A DNA stretch of 64,000 nucleotides from an uncultured Poribacteria bacterium (GCA_951813565.1 OX638351.1:4480001-4544000), one strand, 5' to 3'. Shown: positions 48,851 through 59,821, counted from the stretch's first letter. The notes: generated by a model not told the origin, from the sequence alone. A program made the numbers and translations.

Positions 48851-50338
48851 TTACTCATCAGTTGGTTTAATCGATTCAAAATAACGTTTCACATAGAACT
48901 TATATCCGAGAGGGATCTGTTCTTCAGTGAGTGCATCTTCAGAAAGTTTTTGATACTTCATATAAGCATCTTTGTAACTGAGACCAGATTCTTGTCCTTC
49001 TGCCGATGCTTTGGAGGTTTGAACGGTTGAACTGCCTTCACCTTGAACACCTTTGAGCTGTTCAAGATTAAGAGTAGAATCGAGGGAAGTTTGTTCTCCA
49101 AGTTGGGTCTTAGAAGTCTTATTAGCTACACCCTCACCCGGTTTATTAGATAACAAATTTGTTAATCCCGTGGCAGAATTTATCCCTTTGGCGTTGCAAG
49201 CCCCTGCGATACCTGCTTTGCATGCCTCACATTCGGACAATAATTTTGCCAACCGTTTGTTGCGATTCAGGAGGAGATCAAAATCACGGATCTTTTTACC
49301 GGAAGCGCGCAAGCCTTTTTGAGCTCCTTCGCCATCGTTTCCTTCAAGTGATTCCCCCGCACCAGATAACCCGCTCCCAAGTCCGTCAAGATCAGTATCT
49401 TTGAGGCTTTTGCCAGCGCGTTTGAGTTCGTCAGACAAATTCTGGCGTTTTTCTTGGTCATACTTCGGGACATCTGCTGCCACTTTGTCAAGTTTGTCAG
49501 CTGCTTCTTTGTAGTCCCCGCGTTTTAATTGTTGTCCGAAATCACCGAGGATCGGATTTCCGATGAACTGTTGTCCGAGCCCCTTCATTAACTCTTCCTG
49601 CTGTGCCATTTTAAGTGGATCAGTTTTTGTCTTCAACAGCGCAGTCAATTCGGTCATTCTTGCGAGAGCGTCCTTAGGAGCAATCTGAGGTTTTTTCAAT
49701 TCAAGTGTTCTTTCCTCAATCTCCTTCAAGATTTCTTTCAGTTCTTGGTCTTCGTCCTGTTCAGCTTCTTTTTTAGCCTCTTCAATCTTTTTCAACAGCG
49801 AGTCGGCTTCTGCAGCAATTTGCGGTGAAAAGTCAATTTCTGTTGAGGTTGCTGGCGGTGCAAAAAACTCTATAAAAGAGAAAGTAATCAGAAAGATGGC
49901 GACAATAGCAATAAATTTGGTTTCACGCGGCACAGTATATCGCGCAACCTGTTTTATAGGGATTGCTTGCAGCCTTTTTGAGGTATCTTGAAGTTGAAGA
50001 GCAGTCAACGTTTCATTGGTATTACGTTGAATCTGTTCAAGACCACTGACAACACGGTCCTTTAGAGACGCGTCTATATCTATTGCGCGGGCTGCTTCGT
50101 GTAGATTGACTGGTCGAATAAGACGGACAATTAGAGTGATCACTGCAACGCCACATGCAACCAAGAGGAATACAAGTGGCGGAATGTTAAAGGATGTTAC
50201 AACGCTATCTACGATAACTACCGGCACACATACCAAAAGTCCAAAGAATAGAAACGTCGCGAGTGTTTGAAAATATCCTTGGACGTTCAAACGGCGGCGT
50301 ACGTGAGAAATTTTTTCGAGAATCAATTTTTCCTGCAT
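48851..50338 (-). CDS. Membrane-anchored coiled-coil protein of MoxR operon
   Basis: N-terminal TMs, ARAID....LKDR, helical repeats, C-terminal IPLGYKFYVKRYF motif. Confidence 0.8.
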   Translation of the reverse strand: MQEKLILEKISHVRRRLNVQGYFQTLATFLFFGLLVCVPVVIVDSVVTSFNIPPLVFLLVACGVAVITLIVRLIRPVNLHEAARAIDIDASLKDRVVSGLEQIQRNTNETLTALQLQDTSKRLQAIPIKQVARYTVPRETKFIAIVAIFLITFSFIEFFAPPATSTEIDFSPQIAAEADSLLKKIEEAKKEAEQDEDQELKEILKEIEERTLELKKPQIAPKDALARMTELTALLKTKTDPLKMAQQEELMKGLGQQFIGNPILGDFGQQLKRGDYKEAADKLDKVAADVPKYDQEKRQNLSDELKRAGKSLKDTDLDGLGSGLSGAGESLEGNDGEGAQKGLRASGKKIRDFDLLLNRNKRLAKLLSECEACKAGIAGACNAKGINSATGLTNLLSNKPGEGVANKTSKTQLGEQTSLDSTLNLEQLKGVQGEGSSTVQTSKASAEGQESGLSYKDAYMKYQKLSEDALTEEQIPLGYKFYVKRYFESIKPTDE

Positions 50339-50538
50339 GAAGTATGCCTCCTGTTGACCATAGTTCAACTCTAAATTGGAAACTTTTCTTAACAAGATTG
50401 TAACTTATGAGAAAAACGTTATTAATCTTGTCATGTGAAAGCCATCAAATGCTGTGTTATTTTTTGGTTTGTTAATAGTGTACTATATTTTTCATTATTA
50501 AGTCAAGTTGTTTTATAGTGAAAATGGTATAAGTTCTT

Positions 50539-50567
50539 TTGACAGATTATTAATTACGTGTTAAACT
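50539..50567 (+). promoter_or_regulatory. sigma70 promoter for PhyH pair
   Basis: TTGACA-N17-TAAACT. Confidence 0.55.
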
Positions 50568-50602
50568 GTTTTACGTGAACATTGAGTTAGAAGGAGCAGC
50601 CG

Positions 50603-51535
50603 ATGGCTTACAAAGAACTTGCTACGAAGAAACCGTTTATTGTTAACAAAAACCTCGGTAGTCCTGTTGAGGTAGAACCTGAAGAATTGACACAGACCAA
50701 TGCGGATGGATTACCTGTGGTTATCCCTACGCAAAAACAAAAATATGACTTTGATCGTAAAGGATGGCTGTTAATTCCAAACATCTTATCTGGTGCAGAA
50801 ATAGTTGAGATGCGTGAATTTTGTGAACGCTTGAACGCTGAACCTGACAGCATTCCTGAGCCGCAACGTTGCGCCCTTGGTGGTCCATTACAAAGGCTTG
50901 CCGATCATCCAGTAGTTGTAGGATTTTTGAACGAATTTTTGGCATACCCACCCGCTGCCAGTGAAGATTGCTATGGATTTCGACTGGAAGAGACAGAAAT
51001 GATTTTTGGTGTAGAAGATAAAAAAGTTAAAAATCAGTTTACATCTCAGAAAGGAAACGGCTTATTCCGATTACCCGGCGATTCTCATATTTACCGATGT
51101 GTTCCTGGGCGTGGATGGAGTGGATTAACGCGCGCTATTTGGGAATTATCGGAGGTCAATGCAGAGACAAATAGTTTTCAGTTTATAACAGGCAGCCATA
51201 AAGCAGCATATACAGCACCACAGGCAGTCCATAATCTAAATTCACCGCTCTGGGACACTTATGAATGTCCTCCAGGGTCACTTTTCCTTCTTACGGAATC
51301 AATCACACAGATGCATGGACAGGCAACCTCTAATTCCACAAGTATTGACCGTATGTCTGTCTCTAATTTATACAATACCGTAGCAAGCCGTTGGTCTAAT
51401 TGGATGCCGCATCCTGAACTTTTGGAAGCAATGCCATCCAAACGGCAAACACTATTTAGAGAAACTTACGCAGGCGGCAACGTTATCAACGGTGATTTTG
51501 GTAATCGCACTTCTGCATATCCTATGCAAATTTAA
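50603..51535 (+). CDS. PhyH-family paralog with degenerate Fe ligands
   Basis: FDRKGWLLIP, GSHKA, CPPGSL; aligned to next gene, SQKG replaces PHNG and ITQ replaces LTH. Confidence 0.75.
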   Translation: MAYKELATKKPFIVNKNLGSPVEVEPEELTQTNADGLPVVIPTQKQKYDFDRKGWLLIPNILSGAEIVEMREFCERLNAEPDSIPEPQRCALGGPLQRLADHPVVVGFLNEFLAYPPAASEDCYGFRLEETEMIFGVEDKKVKNQFTSQKGNGLFRLPGDSHIYRCVPGRGWSGLTRAIWELSEVNAETNSFQFITGSHKAAYTAPQAVHNLNSPLWDTYECPPGSLFLLTESITQMHGQATSNSTSIDRMSVSNLYNTVASRWSNWMPHPELLEAMPSKRQTLFRETYAGGNVINGDFGNRTSAYPMQI

Positions 51536-51550
51536 CGAAGGTATCCATAA

Positions 51551-52405
51551 ATGGAAAAACAGAGAAACAACACTCTTAACACGGCTTTGCCAGCAGAAAC
51601 ATGCGAATTGCCAACTTACAACGCTGATGGAATAGCTATACCAGAATTGACTCCTGAACAGATATATGCATTTGATACGCACGGTTGGTTTTTAATACCA
51701 GAAGTGTTCACAGGCAGTGAGCTAAAAGAAATGCGTGATTTCGGCTACAGACTGCACCATGAACCTGAGTCTATTCCAGAACATGAACGGAGTACGCTCG
51801 GAGGTCCTCTACAAAAATTAATTGACCATCCGCTTGTTGTATCGCTTCTCAATGAATTCACTGCACATCCGTCCGTGACGAGTCCTGAATGCTACGGTTT
51901 TTGTGTAGAAAGCACAAATCTTTTCTATCGAACCCCTGGCATGGGCGGATTTGGCCCACATAACGGCAACGGTTTGCTCCGTTTCCCTGGTGATGTTCAT
52001 TACTACAACGCTTTTCCTGGCAAAGGATATAGTCCACATACACGTGTAGTATGGGAATTGAACGAGGTGAAAAAAGGACAAGGTGGAACGTTGTTGGTCA
52101 CAGGAAGTCATAAATCTGTTTACACAGCACCCCCTGAAATTCAAAATCCAGAATCAGATATTTGGAGCACTTACGGATGCCCACCAGGCTCACTTCTCTT
52201 TTTCACTGAAGCACTGACGCACAGCGCGAATCCGTGGACAAATACGGATAATGATAGGATAGCAATTTTTAACCTTTATAGTCCAGTTGATAGCGGTTAT
52301 GCGCGAGTTTACAAACCGCATCCGAAATTGCTTGAAGAAATGCCATCGCTGCGTCGAACTCTGTTCCGCAATCGATACGTGGTAGACAATCTGAATGGTA
52401 CATAA
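51551..52405 (+). CDS. Phytanoyl-CoA dioxygenase family protein (H-x-G motif)
   Basis: FDTHGWFLIP, PHNG, GGTLLVTGSHK, FFTEALTHS. Confidence 0.82.
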   Translation: MEKQRNNTLNTALPAETCELPTYNADGIAIPELTPEQIYAFDTHGWFLIPEVFTGSELKEMRDFGYRLHHEPESIPEHERSTLGGPLQKLIDHPLVVSLLNEFTAHPSVTSPECYGFCVESTNLFYRTPGMGGFGPHNGNGLLRFPGDVHYYNAFPGKGYSPHTRVVWELNEVKKGQGGTLLVTGSHKSVYTAPPEIQNPESDIWSTYGCPPGSLLFFTEALTHSANPWTNTDNDRIAIFNLYSPVDSGYARVYKPHPKLLEEMPSLRRTLFRNRYVVDNLNGT

Positions 52406-52429
52406 AAATTTCAAATCGAGAGGCGTAGG

Positions 52430-53232
52430 TTGGGTAGAGCAAACGCAAAACCCATAGATGTCAACTTAAGAAAAAATGCTGGATTTTCTCTTGTGGGAGG
52501 GAAACCTTGTCCGCTCGATTTTCTTCTTGTAGGAGCGATCTCCAGCTCGCGACCGTTCGTAATATGTCGCGACCAGGAGGTCGCTCCTACAGGAAGAGAA
52601 AACAGCGCACTTACAACGCGCACCTATCGTCATCTCATAAGTTGGATATTTAGCACGCGTAAATTTCTTTAAGTTGACACCTATGGGTAGAGCAAACGCA
52701 AAACCCATAGGTGTAAACTTAGCGTATTTTTCTCTTGTGGGAGGGAAACCTTGTCCGCTCGATTTTCTTCTTGTAGGAGCGAGCTCCAGCTCGCGACCGT
52801 TCGTAATATGTCGCGACCAGGAGGTCGCTCCTACAGGAAGAGAAAACAGCGCACTTACAACGCGCACCTATCGTCATCTCATAAGTTGGGTATTTAGCAC
52901 GCGTAAATTTCTTTAAGTTGACACCTATGGGTAGAGCAAACGCAAAACCCATAGGTGTAAACTTAGCGTATTTTTCTCTTGTGGGAGGGAAACCTTGTCC
53001 GCTCGATTTTCTTCTTGTAGGAGCGAGCTCCAGCTCGCGACCGTTCGTAATATGTCGCGACCAGGAGGTCGCTCCTACAGGAAGAGAAAACAGCGCACTT
53101 ACAACGCGCACCTATCGTCATCTCATAAGTTGGGTATTTAGCACGCGTAAATTTCTTTAAGTTGACACCTATGGGTAGAGCAAACGCAAAACCCATAGGT
53201 GTAAACTTAGCGTATTTTTTTCTTGTGGGAGG
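52430..53232. repeat. Tandem array of ~244-bp composite palindromic units (3 copies plus partial)
   Basis: Units at ~52430, 52683, 52927, 53171; copies 2 and 3 appear identical. Confidence 0.9.
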
Positions 53233-53375
53233 GCTTTCTAAGCCCGATTAGTTAATTTATCGGCGTTGAAAACGCCTCCCACAAGAGATGGACTATAACC
53301 AGTAGGCTGAGAAGAGCGCAGCGAAACCCAACAAAGTAGAATAGTTTTTATTCATAACATTGAAAGGAGACAGTT

Positions 53376-54752
53376 TTGGCAACAACACAACCTAATGTTT
53401 TGTGGATATACGGTGAAGACCTTTCACCAGATTTGGCATGTTACGGCACTCCTGCTGTACAAACACCGAATATTGATCGTCTTGCCGGAGAAGGCACACT
53501 TTTTTCCAACGCTTTTGTGACTTGTCCAGTCTGTTCACCAAGTCGATCAGCCCTAATTACGGGTACGTATCAAACCCATTTTGATGCACACAATCATCGA
53601 AGTAATCGCGAAAAACCTTTACGAGATGATATGAAACTCATCACTGATTGTTTCCGTGAGGCAGGATATTTCACTTGTAACAGTCCTGGACCGCCTTATA
53701 ATCGTCGTGGTAAAACAGATTTCAACTTTCAACGTGAGCAGCCTTTTGATGGAATTGATTGGTCTGAACGTGCAGAGGGACAACCTTTTTACGCCCAAAT
53801 CAATATCCCTGACACACATCGCGTATTTAAACCGGATCCGGAACGTCCAATCAATCCTGATGATGTTGAATTACCACCTTACTATCCCGATCATCCGCTT
53901 ACTCGCAAGGATTGGGCACTCTATCTTGAAAGCATTCAGATTTTGGATAGGAAAGTGGGTGAAATCCTCAAACGTCTGGACGATGAAGGTCTTTCTGAAA
54001 ACACAATTGTCTTTTTCATGAGCGATCATGGACGCGCCCATATCCGCTGCAAACAATTCCTCTACGATGGCGGCATTCACATCCCTTTGATTGTTAGGTG
54101 GCCAGGAAATGTTGCAGCAGGTGCAGTTAGTGATGAACTGGTTAGCGGTGTTGATTTTGCACCGACAACGCTTTCTCTCGCCGGAATTGATATTCCGAAC
54201 TATATGCAGGGGCAAATCTTCCTCGGATCGGATGCTACATCTCGTGATGTAATCTTTGCTGCACGAGACCGATGTGACGGAACAGACGACCGTATTCGCT
54301 GCATCCGTACACATCAATACAAACTCATCCGAAACTATCATCCCGATCTGCCTTATATGCAATTCAATGGCTATAAGAAATTGCAGTATCCTTTGTGGAC
54401 ATTGATTCGTGTCTTATCCGAAAAAGGCGAATTGTCTCAAGCGCAACAGCATTTCCTGCAACAGACGCGTCCTTCTGAAGAATTATACGATTTACGGGCA
54501 GACCCACATGAAGTTAACAACCTCGCCGATGATAAACGGTATGGTGTAGTGCGAAACGATCTGAGCGAAAAATTGGACGCATGGATAGATGCAACAGGAG
54601 ACATGGGTGAGACACCTGAATCCAATGAAGTTACTGCTTATTGGGATGAAAACATGGCGGAAAGTTTTAGAAATAGTATGGAAAAAAGAGACCTCTCACC
54701 GGATATAAGTGATGCCGATTACCTTGAATGGTGGGAGAACAAACTTCTATAA
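53376..54752 (+). CDS. Sulfatase (sulfamidase-like)
   Basis: PNVLWI..EDL, CSPSRSALITG, GKTD, SDHG, EELYDL..DPHE. Confidence 0.9.
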   Translation: MATTQPNVLWIYGEDLSPDLACYGTPAVQTPNIDRLAGEGTLFSNAFVTCPVCSPSRSALITGTYQTHFDAHNHRSNREKPLRDDMKLITDCFREAGYFTCNSPGPPYNRRGKTDFNFQREQPFDGIDWSERAEGQPFYAQINIPDTHRVFKPDPERPINPDDVELPPYYPDHPLTRKDWALYLESIQILDRKVGEILKRLDDEGLSENTIVFFMSDHGRAHIRCKQFLYDGGIHIPLIVRWPGNVAAGAVSDELVSGVDFAPTTLSLAGIDIPNYMQGQIFLGSDATSRDVIFAARDRCDGTDDRIRCIRTHQYKLIRNYHPDLPYMQFNGYKKLQYPLWTLIRVLSEKGELSQAQQHFLQQTRPSEELYDLRADPHEVNNLADDKRYGVVRNDLSEKLDAWIDATGDMGETPESNEVTAYWDENMAESFRNSMEKRDLSPDISDADYLEWWENKLL

Positions 54753-54774
54753 CGTGAGTATTATAACACTTTAT

Positions 54775-55085
54775 AACGTGAATTTGATTCAATAATTTAA
54801 AGAAATCCAACACGATATCATGGCTATCTAAATTTGATGTGAATATGTTGCAGCACGCCAGCGGAGTGCTATGTTTATAGAATACCAGATTGTCAAGTTC
54901 TCGCACGCCAGCGGAGTGCTATGTCCACTGAATCACATACCGCTCCCGCCAAATGCCATGCGCCCCATTTGGCGTTGATTCACGGAACAAAGGAATTTTT
55001 CTGGTATTCGTGTTCGATTTCCATGCCAAGATGAACGTAAACGACACACAACATTCAATATTGAATTCTTTTTCAAACTCACGTT
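54775..55085. mobile_element. MITE-like element with AACGTGAGTTTGA ends
   Basis: aacgtgaatttga / tcaaactcacgtt; internal direct repeat gcacgccagcggagtgctatg x2; same end at 39773. Confidence 0.55.
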
Positions 55086-55245
55086 TCTATAAATCTGAGT
55101 GCAAGGTTTAAAAAAATCCGTGATTACTTGGACAATATTAACGGCGCGCTTACATGAAGATTAATTTTTTAATTCGGTAATTTTCTGTTCGCACAAGGCA
55201 GGTGTACCCACCTGCTGGCGAGGTTTCCTAACCTCGCTAAATTTT

Positions 55246-57222
55246 CTACCGGTAAAACGAATACACAGACACACCCCAGATAAGCCGAACCAGCACCCAT
55301 GCCCCACCAACAATAAATTCACCTAAAATTAGTCCCAAAAACAGCGGTAACACCCGATGATAGAGATGGATGCCGCCAAACCGTAAGATAAGGTTTTTGG
55401 CCGCCCAACTAATAAAAACAGAAAACCAGAGCCAACCAAAGGTCCACATACTACTTGCTACAGCATAACCAGTCGGATGAAACGGAAACATAGGAAAACG
55501 GGTGCGGAGCCACCACAACAACCCTGTAAACAGAAATCCAACACCCATAAATGCTACGGCAGGAACATTCGTTTCGCTCGGATAATAAAGCCAGGTCCGT
55601 AGCCTGTTATATCCGCCGTTCCCCAAACCCGGATTCGCCCCTATGTCGTAGGATACAACCAGATATGACCAGAACGAGGCAAGAATACCGAAAAAAACAG
55701 CACACATCATTGCAATCACCATTCTCCCAGTTTTCATGTTTGCTACCTCAACAAGTTTAAATCCTTCCAATGTATGAGGCATCGGATGCGCACGGTACCC
55801 GCGATTAAAGGCATAATACAGCGACATCATCGTTAAGCTTTGTGGCGGAATCTTGCGTGAACCGAATGCATCTAAGATAAACTGTCGTGGGTTTGCTACA
55901 AACATCTCGTGTGTCGGAGGTCCAACTTCAGCTCGGACACGGGTGATTCCCAACGCAAGAAGATAATAGATTAGAAAGTACAACGCAATCATCCAAACAG
56001 CCATCCCGCCATAACCTGAAAAAATAAAAAGAAACAGAACACCCGCTATTAACCCTGCTATTGGCCATCGATAATTTGTCGAATCTCGTAGTTCAGAGAA
56101 AAGGTTCTGTGCTGATCGGTTAGAACGTGTACCTATTTTGAATGTCCCGATTAAGTTGTGGAACATGGCATAGAAGTGTTTACGTCCACCATAAAGCGCA
56201 AAGCAGGCTATAGCAAGATATGCACCAACGCCCTGTGGTCCGTCATAAGGAAAACCGGGCAATACTTGTAGACCCATCGCCCGACCCAAGATACGTTCTC
56301 CCTTCCAAAATAGGTAGAAAAACCAAAGTGAAAACGACATCTCTAACGGCATTAAAAAAGCGAGTCCCACACCGAATGATAAAATGTAGACAGGTGTCCA
56401 CCCCATAGCATCCCAAGGTTTTTCTGTGAAGTAGGTACCAAGATTTGCCTGACGCACCGGAATCTCTGGAAATGCGGGAAAGAAAGCATGGATACCATTA
56501 ATCAGATCAATTCCGCCTGCAATCGCAAAGCCAACCCACAGCATCTTGTTCTTAAAAAGCCTTCCATCCGAATGTGTCATTTCTATTGGCAAACGAACAA
56601 TCGGATATGTTAACCGTTCCCGTTCAATCCACTGCTTCCGCAAAAGCAGATCAATGCAAATCATTACCCAAATTATTACTGATAGAAACACAGTCCACCA
56701 TAAAATCGGTTCCCACCAAGCGGATAGATACCTTTTGCTATAAAAGGTTGTATCGCCATCGTAGAAATCTTGTAAAACAGATAGGTCACTCAACGTCATC
56801 CAACTGGGCAAATATCGCCAGAAGAGTTGTTGCCATTCATTTTCAGGCGTTGCAAACCAAAAGCCGTTCGGAATAACAGGGACGACGGTTTGCATCATGT
56901 CGTGCCCCGCAATTGCTGATGAAAGTGAGAGGATAACGTAGATTGTGAGTAGTTCTCCCTGACGAAGCGAGAAACGCGGCGCAAACAGTTTGATTAAAAA
57001 ATTGAGACATGTCAACACAACCAATGTTACCACGACGTTGTAAATTAGGGACATCGTCGTAGGCAGCGTGCTCCAAAAACGAAGATGATTCGCCATGATG
57101 AAATAGGTATTAGGAGGGATTAATATAATGCCTATCAGAATCGCACGGTAGGTCACACCTGGGTGTTTAGACTGTGCCATTTCTTGAAGGTCTGGCGAAT
57201 GTATTGTTGGTGTATTCGTCAT
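55246..57222 (-). CDS. Multi-pass membrane protein, DUF6785/DUF6784 (OPT-like putative transporter)
   Basis: GVTYRAILIG, GELL.IY, RKQWIERERL.YPI, HPMP..LEGFK, FPFHP.GY, FLGLILGE. Confidence 0.75.
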   Translation of the reverse strand: MTNTPTIHSPDLQEMAQSKHPGVTYRAILIGIILIPPNTYFIMANHLRFWSTLPTTMSLIYNVVVTLVVLTCLNFLIKLFAPRFSLRQGELLTIYVILSLSSAIAGHDMMQTVVPVIPNGFWFATPENEWQQLFWRYLPSWMTLSDLSVLQDFYDGDTTFYSKRYLSAWWEPILWWTVFLSVIIWVMICIDLLLRKQWIERERLTYPIVRLPIEMTHSDGRLFKNKMLWVGFAIAGGIDLINGIHAFFPAFPEIPVRQANLGTYFTEKPWDAMGWTPVYILSFGVGLAFLMPLEMSFSLWFFYLFWKGERILGRAMGLQVLPGFPYDGPQGVGAYLAIACFALYGGRKHFYAMFHNLIGTFKIGTRSNRSAQNLFSELRDSTNYRWPIAGLIAGVLFLFIFSGYGGMAVWMIALYFLIYYLLALGITRVRAEVGPPTHEMFVANPRQFILDAFGSRKIPPQSLTMMSLYYAFNRGYRAHPMPHTLEGFKLVEVANMKTGRMVIAMMCAVFFGILASFWSYLVVSYDIGANPGLGNGGYNRLRTWLYYPSETNVPAVAFMGVGFLFTGLLWWLRTRFPMFPFHPTGYAVASSMWTFGWLWFSVFISWAAKNLILRFGGIHLYHRVLPLFLGLILGEFIVGGAWVLVRLIWGVSVYSFYR

Positions 57223-57419
57223 AAGAATAGGTTGGCAAATGAAAGGAAAGTTTTAAAGTGTCCTACGTCTATCGAGTCGATTTAAGCAAATTTCTGATAG
57301 TAAATGTTGAATTTACTTTTAAATATTCATGCTGCAGCCTGAACTAAAACGTTGTAATAGATACAATTTCATGTAAGGACGTTTGCCCATTCTGAGTTAT
57401 CAAGTGCTTTTCTATGTCT

Positions 57420-58187
57420 TTAGGACATACGCCTGCACAAAACTGGAAAAATAACAAGACACAGTACACAAAAAAGACTAACGTTCTGTATCCACAAATA
57501 CGTTGCGTCTGATTGAAGGATTGACAATAGTGCACACAGTGGACTCAGCATGTCAAACATCGGTATGTCGGTAAAGGGGCTAATCGGAATCAGCGGCAGG
57601 AAAGTGATGGCAAGAACAAATCCGTAACTGATGCCTTTGGCACGCGTAGGGGAGTTCCACAGCGCAACCCCAATGCCAACCAAGGCAAAAAAGATACAGC
57701 TAACCAATATCACCATACCACATTTGACTAACTGCGATATTACTAATCCACCTACATAACTTGAAAGTGCGAATAATGGAATTGTAAACCACACACCCCA
57801 GAATGCCCAAATCACTACTGCAGCTAACTTCCCACCTAACATTTTCCAATTTGGCAAAGGCGTTAACGCTAATATCGCACCGTTTCCACTATGCTCCCGT
57901 TGATTATCTCTCAAAAAAGTCAGAGACCGTTCCATATAAACTGCTTCAACACCATGTCTCGGCGTAAGAAACTGTAAAATAAAAATGCAGATAATAAAAA
58001 GTGTATACGTCTGTTTGCCGACATCAATTGCATTCCCTACTTGTTGCTTATCTATTCCTTGGGCATAGAATTCTATTGCAGCACCAAAAAACAGAAGGGT
58101 AAGAGCAGCCAAAATAATAAACTGAATTATCCGATATTTGCGCGAATTTGTATATAAACGAAGGTCTTTAAGAATTATAGCTAACAT
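57420..58187 (-). CDS. ABC-2-type permease-like membrane protein
   Basis: AIILKDLR, LTPLP....LGGKL, about 6 TMs. Confidence 0.6.
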   Translation of the reverse strand: MLAIILKDLRLYTNSRKYRIIQFIILAALTLLFFGAAIEFYAQGIDKQQVGNAIDVGKQTYTLFIICIFILQFLTPRHGVEAVYMERSLTFLRDNQREHSGNGAILALTPLPNWKMLGGKLAAVVIWAFWGVWFTIPLFALSSYVGGLVISQLVKCGMVILVSCIFFALVGIGVALWNSPTRAKGISYGFVLAITFLPLIPISPFTDIPMFDMLSPLCALLSILQSDATYLWIQNVSLFCVLCLVIFPVLCRRMS

Positions 58188-58347
58188 AATTTAGTGTGTT
58201 TGAGAATTGAGTTTTCAACTCCTAAACTGAAAACTAATTGGCTCAAACTATGAGTAATTCCATTGACGGATTTTCACAAAAATGGTATTTTTTGTACATA
58301 CGTAACCCTATATTCCAAGAGTATCACTGTAAATTTAGGAGCAAACT

Positions 58348-59538
58348 ATGTCCAAACTCAATATCGCTTTAGTTGGTGCTGGTCGCCGTGGTGGGGGTTC
58401 GCATCTACCTGTTATTGCTAAACTCAAAGATGTCTACAATCTTGTCGCGATTTGCGATATAGACGAAGAAACCGCAACAAACTTCGCAAAACAATACGGT
58501 GCAAACCCGTACACCAACGTCCGTGATCTTGTTGAGCAGGAAGAACTTGACGTTGTAGATATTACCGTGCCAGGCGTAGCACACCATGCGATCGCATGTT
58601 TTATGGCAGATGCTGGAGTTCATATCCTTTGTGAAACCCCTATCGCCGTAACGCTCCCAACATCGGATATGATGATTGAAAGTGCCAAGGCGAACAACGT
58701 TAAACTTGAAGTTGCAGAAAATTATTATCGCGCACCACGGGAACGGTTTTTATCTAAGGTTATTGAAGCCGATGTTATTGGTGATGTCGCTCGGATTTAC
58801 CGAATTTTTTACGAAGGTGGATATCACGGCATGAGCATGCTCCGTCTCCGCGCAGGTGGTGAACCGAAATCCGCGCTCGGTATTACGCAATCAAGCCCAG
58901 TAATTCCTATCATTGACCGCATGAAACGAAATCATACCAGTGAAAAGTGGAGCCTTGGTTTTATTGAATTTGACAATAGCGCAACTGCACTCATGGTATA
59001 TTCTAACGTCATCCATGCGCGTTCTCTTGGACGCGGACAGACAGGTATTTCACAAATTGATGGCAGCAAAGGCACAATCGTTGGTGAAGATATTTATGTA
59101 ACGCCTGCTGCAGACCTCGAATCCGGTGCTAAAGGCATCGCGCACCGTGCCAACCGCACAACAATTGACGTTGATGGGGTTGATGTAATTGAAAAGATTG
59201 AACTTGAACTCCCAGAACAAACAGTCACGTGGGAGAACCCACTCAAGAACTATCCACTTTCAGAAGGACAAATTGCAGTAGCAGATGAACTCCTCAGTAT
59301 TGCCACAGCAGTACTTAATGATACAGACCCTGAATACGGTGCCGCCCTTGCAAGGCAAGATCAAGAAATGAACATTGCGATGAATGAATCGGGCAAACGG
59401 AGCCGCGAAACCCTCCTATTTCCTATCACAGAACTCACTGAAACTGAACGCAGCACGCACGAAAACTATCAAAAGCAATATGGACACCCCATTGAAGATG
59501 TTGAAGCAGGAATTGATACCTTCTTTCCGCGCCGTTGA
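58348..59538 (+). CDS. Gfo/Idh/MocA family oxidoreductase
   Basis: IALVGAGRRG, LVAICD, LCETPIA, VAENY, YHGMS. Confidence 0.88.
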   Translation: MSKLNIALVGAGRRGGGSHLPVIAKLKDVYNLVAICDIDEETATNFAKQYGANPYTNVRDLVEQEELDVVDITVPGVAHHAIACFMADAGVHILCETPIAVTLPTSDMMIESAKANNVKLEVAENYYRAPRERFLSKVIEADVIGDVARIYRIFYEGGYHGMSMLRLRAGGEPKSALGITQSSPVIPIIDRMKRNHTSEKWSLGFIEFDNSATALMVYSNVIHARSLGRGQTGISQIDGSKGTIVGEDIYVTPAADLESGAKGIAHRANRTTIDVDGVDVIEKIELELPEQTVTWENPLKNYPLSEGQIAVADELLSIATAVLNDTDPEYGAALARQDQEMNIAMNESGKRSRETLLFPITELTETERSTHENYQKQYGHPIEDVEAGIDTFFPRR

Positions 59539-59587
59539 TATGATAACAGGTTAAGTAGGATGGGTCAACTGAATTTAGTCATTTCTC

Positions 59588-59731
59588 CAGAGCCATTCAA
59601 TTATCGCGAAACACTCTTGTGGGAGGGCTTTGTAAGCCCGATTTACTTGCCGATCTCTGCGCCTCCCGTTGTTTCGTAACTTAAAACATAGCGCAGATTC
59701 ACATTTAAAAAATCGAAACTGAATGGCTCTG
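59588..59731. mobile_element. MITE-like element with CAGAGCCATTCA ends
   Basis: cagagccattcaatt / aactgaatggctctg; internal cttgtgggagggcttt module. Confidence 0.5.
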
Positions 59732-59792
59732 TATTTTCTTTAGAGATGATGTGTTTTTAACACCTTTCAATCCCGAAAATCCCCAAAATTTG

Positions 59793-59821
59793 TTGTCAAT
59801 ACGTATCGTTTATGATATACT
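59793..59821 (+). promoter_or_regulatory. sigma70 promoter for tat operon
   Basis: TTGTCA-N17-TATACT. Confidence 0.55.

Noticed and set aside
52430..53232. CRISPR array
   Set aside because: Units are ~244 bp and identical, with no unique spacers and no cas genes
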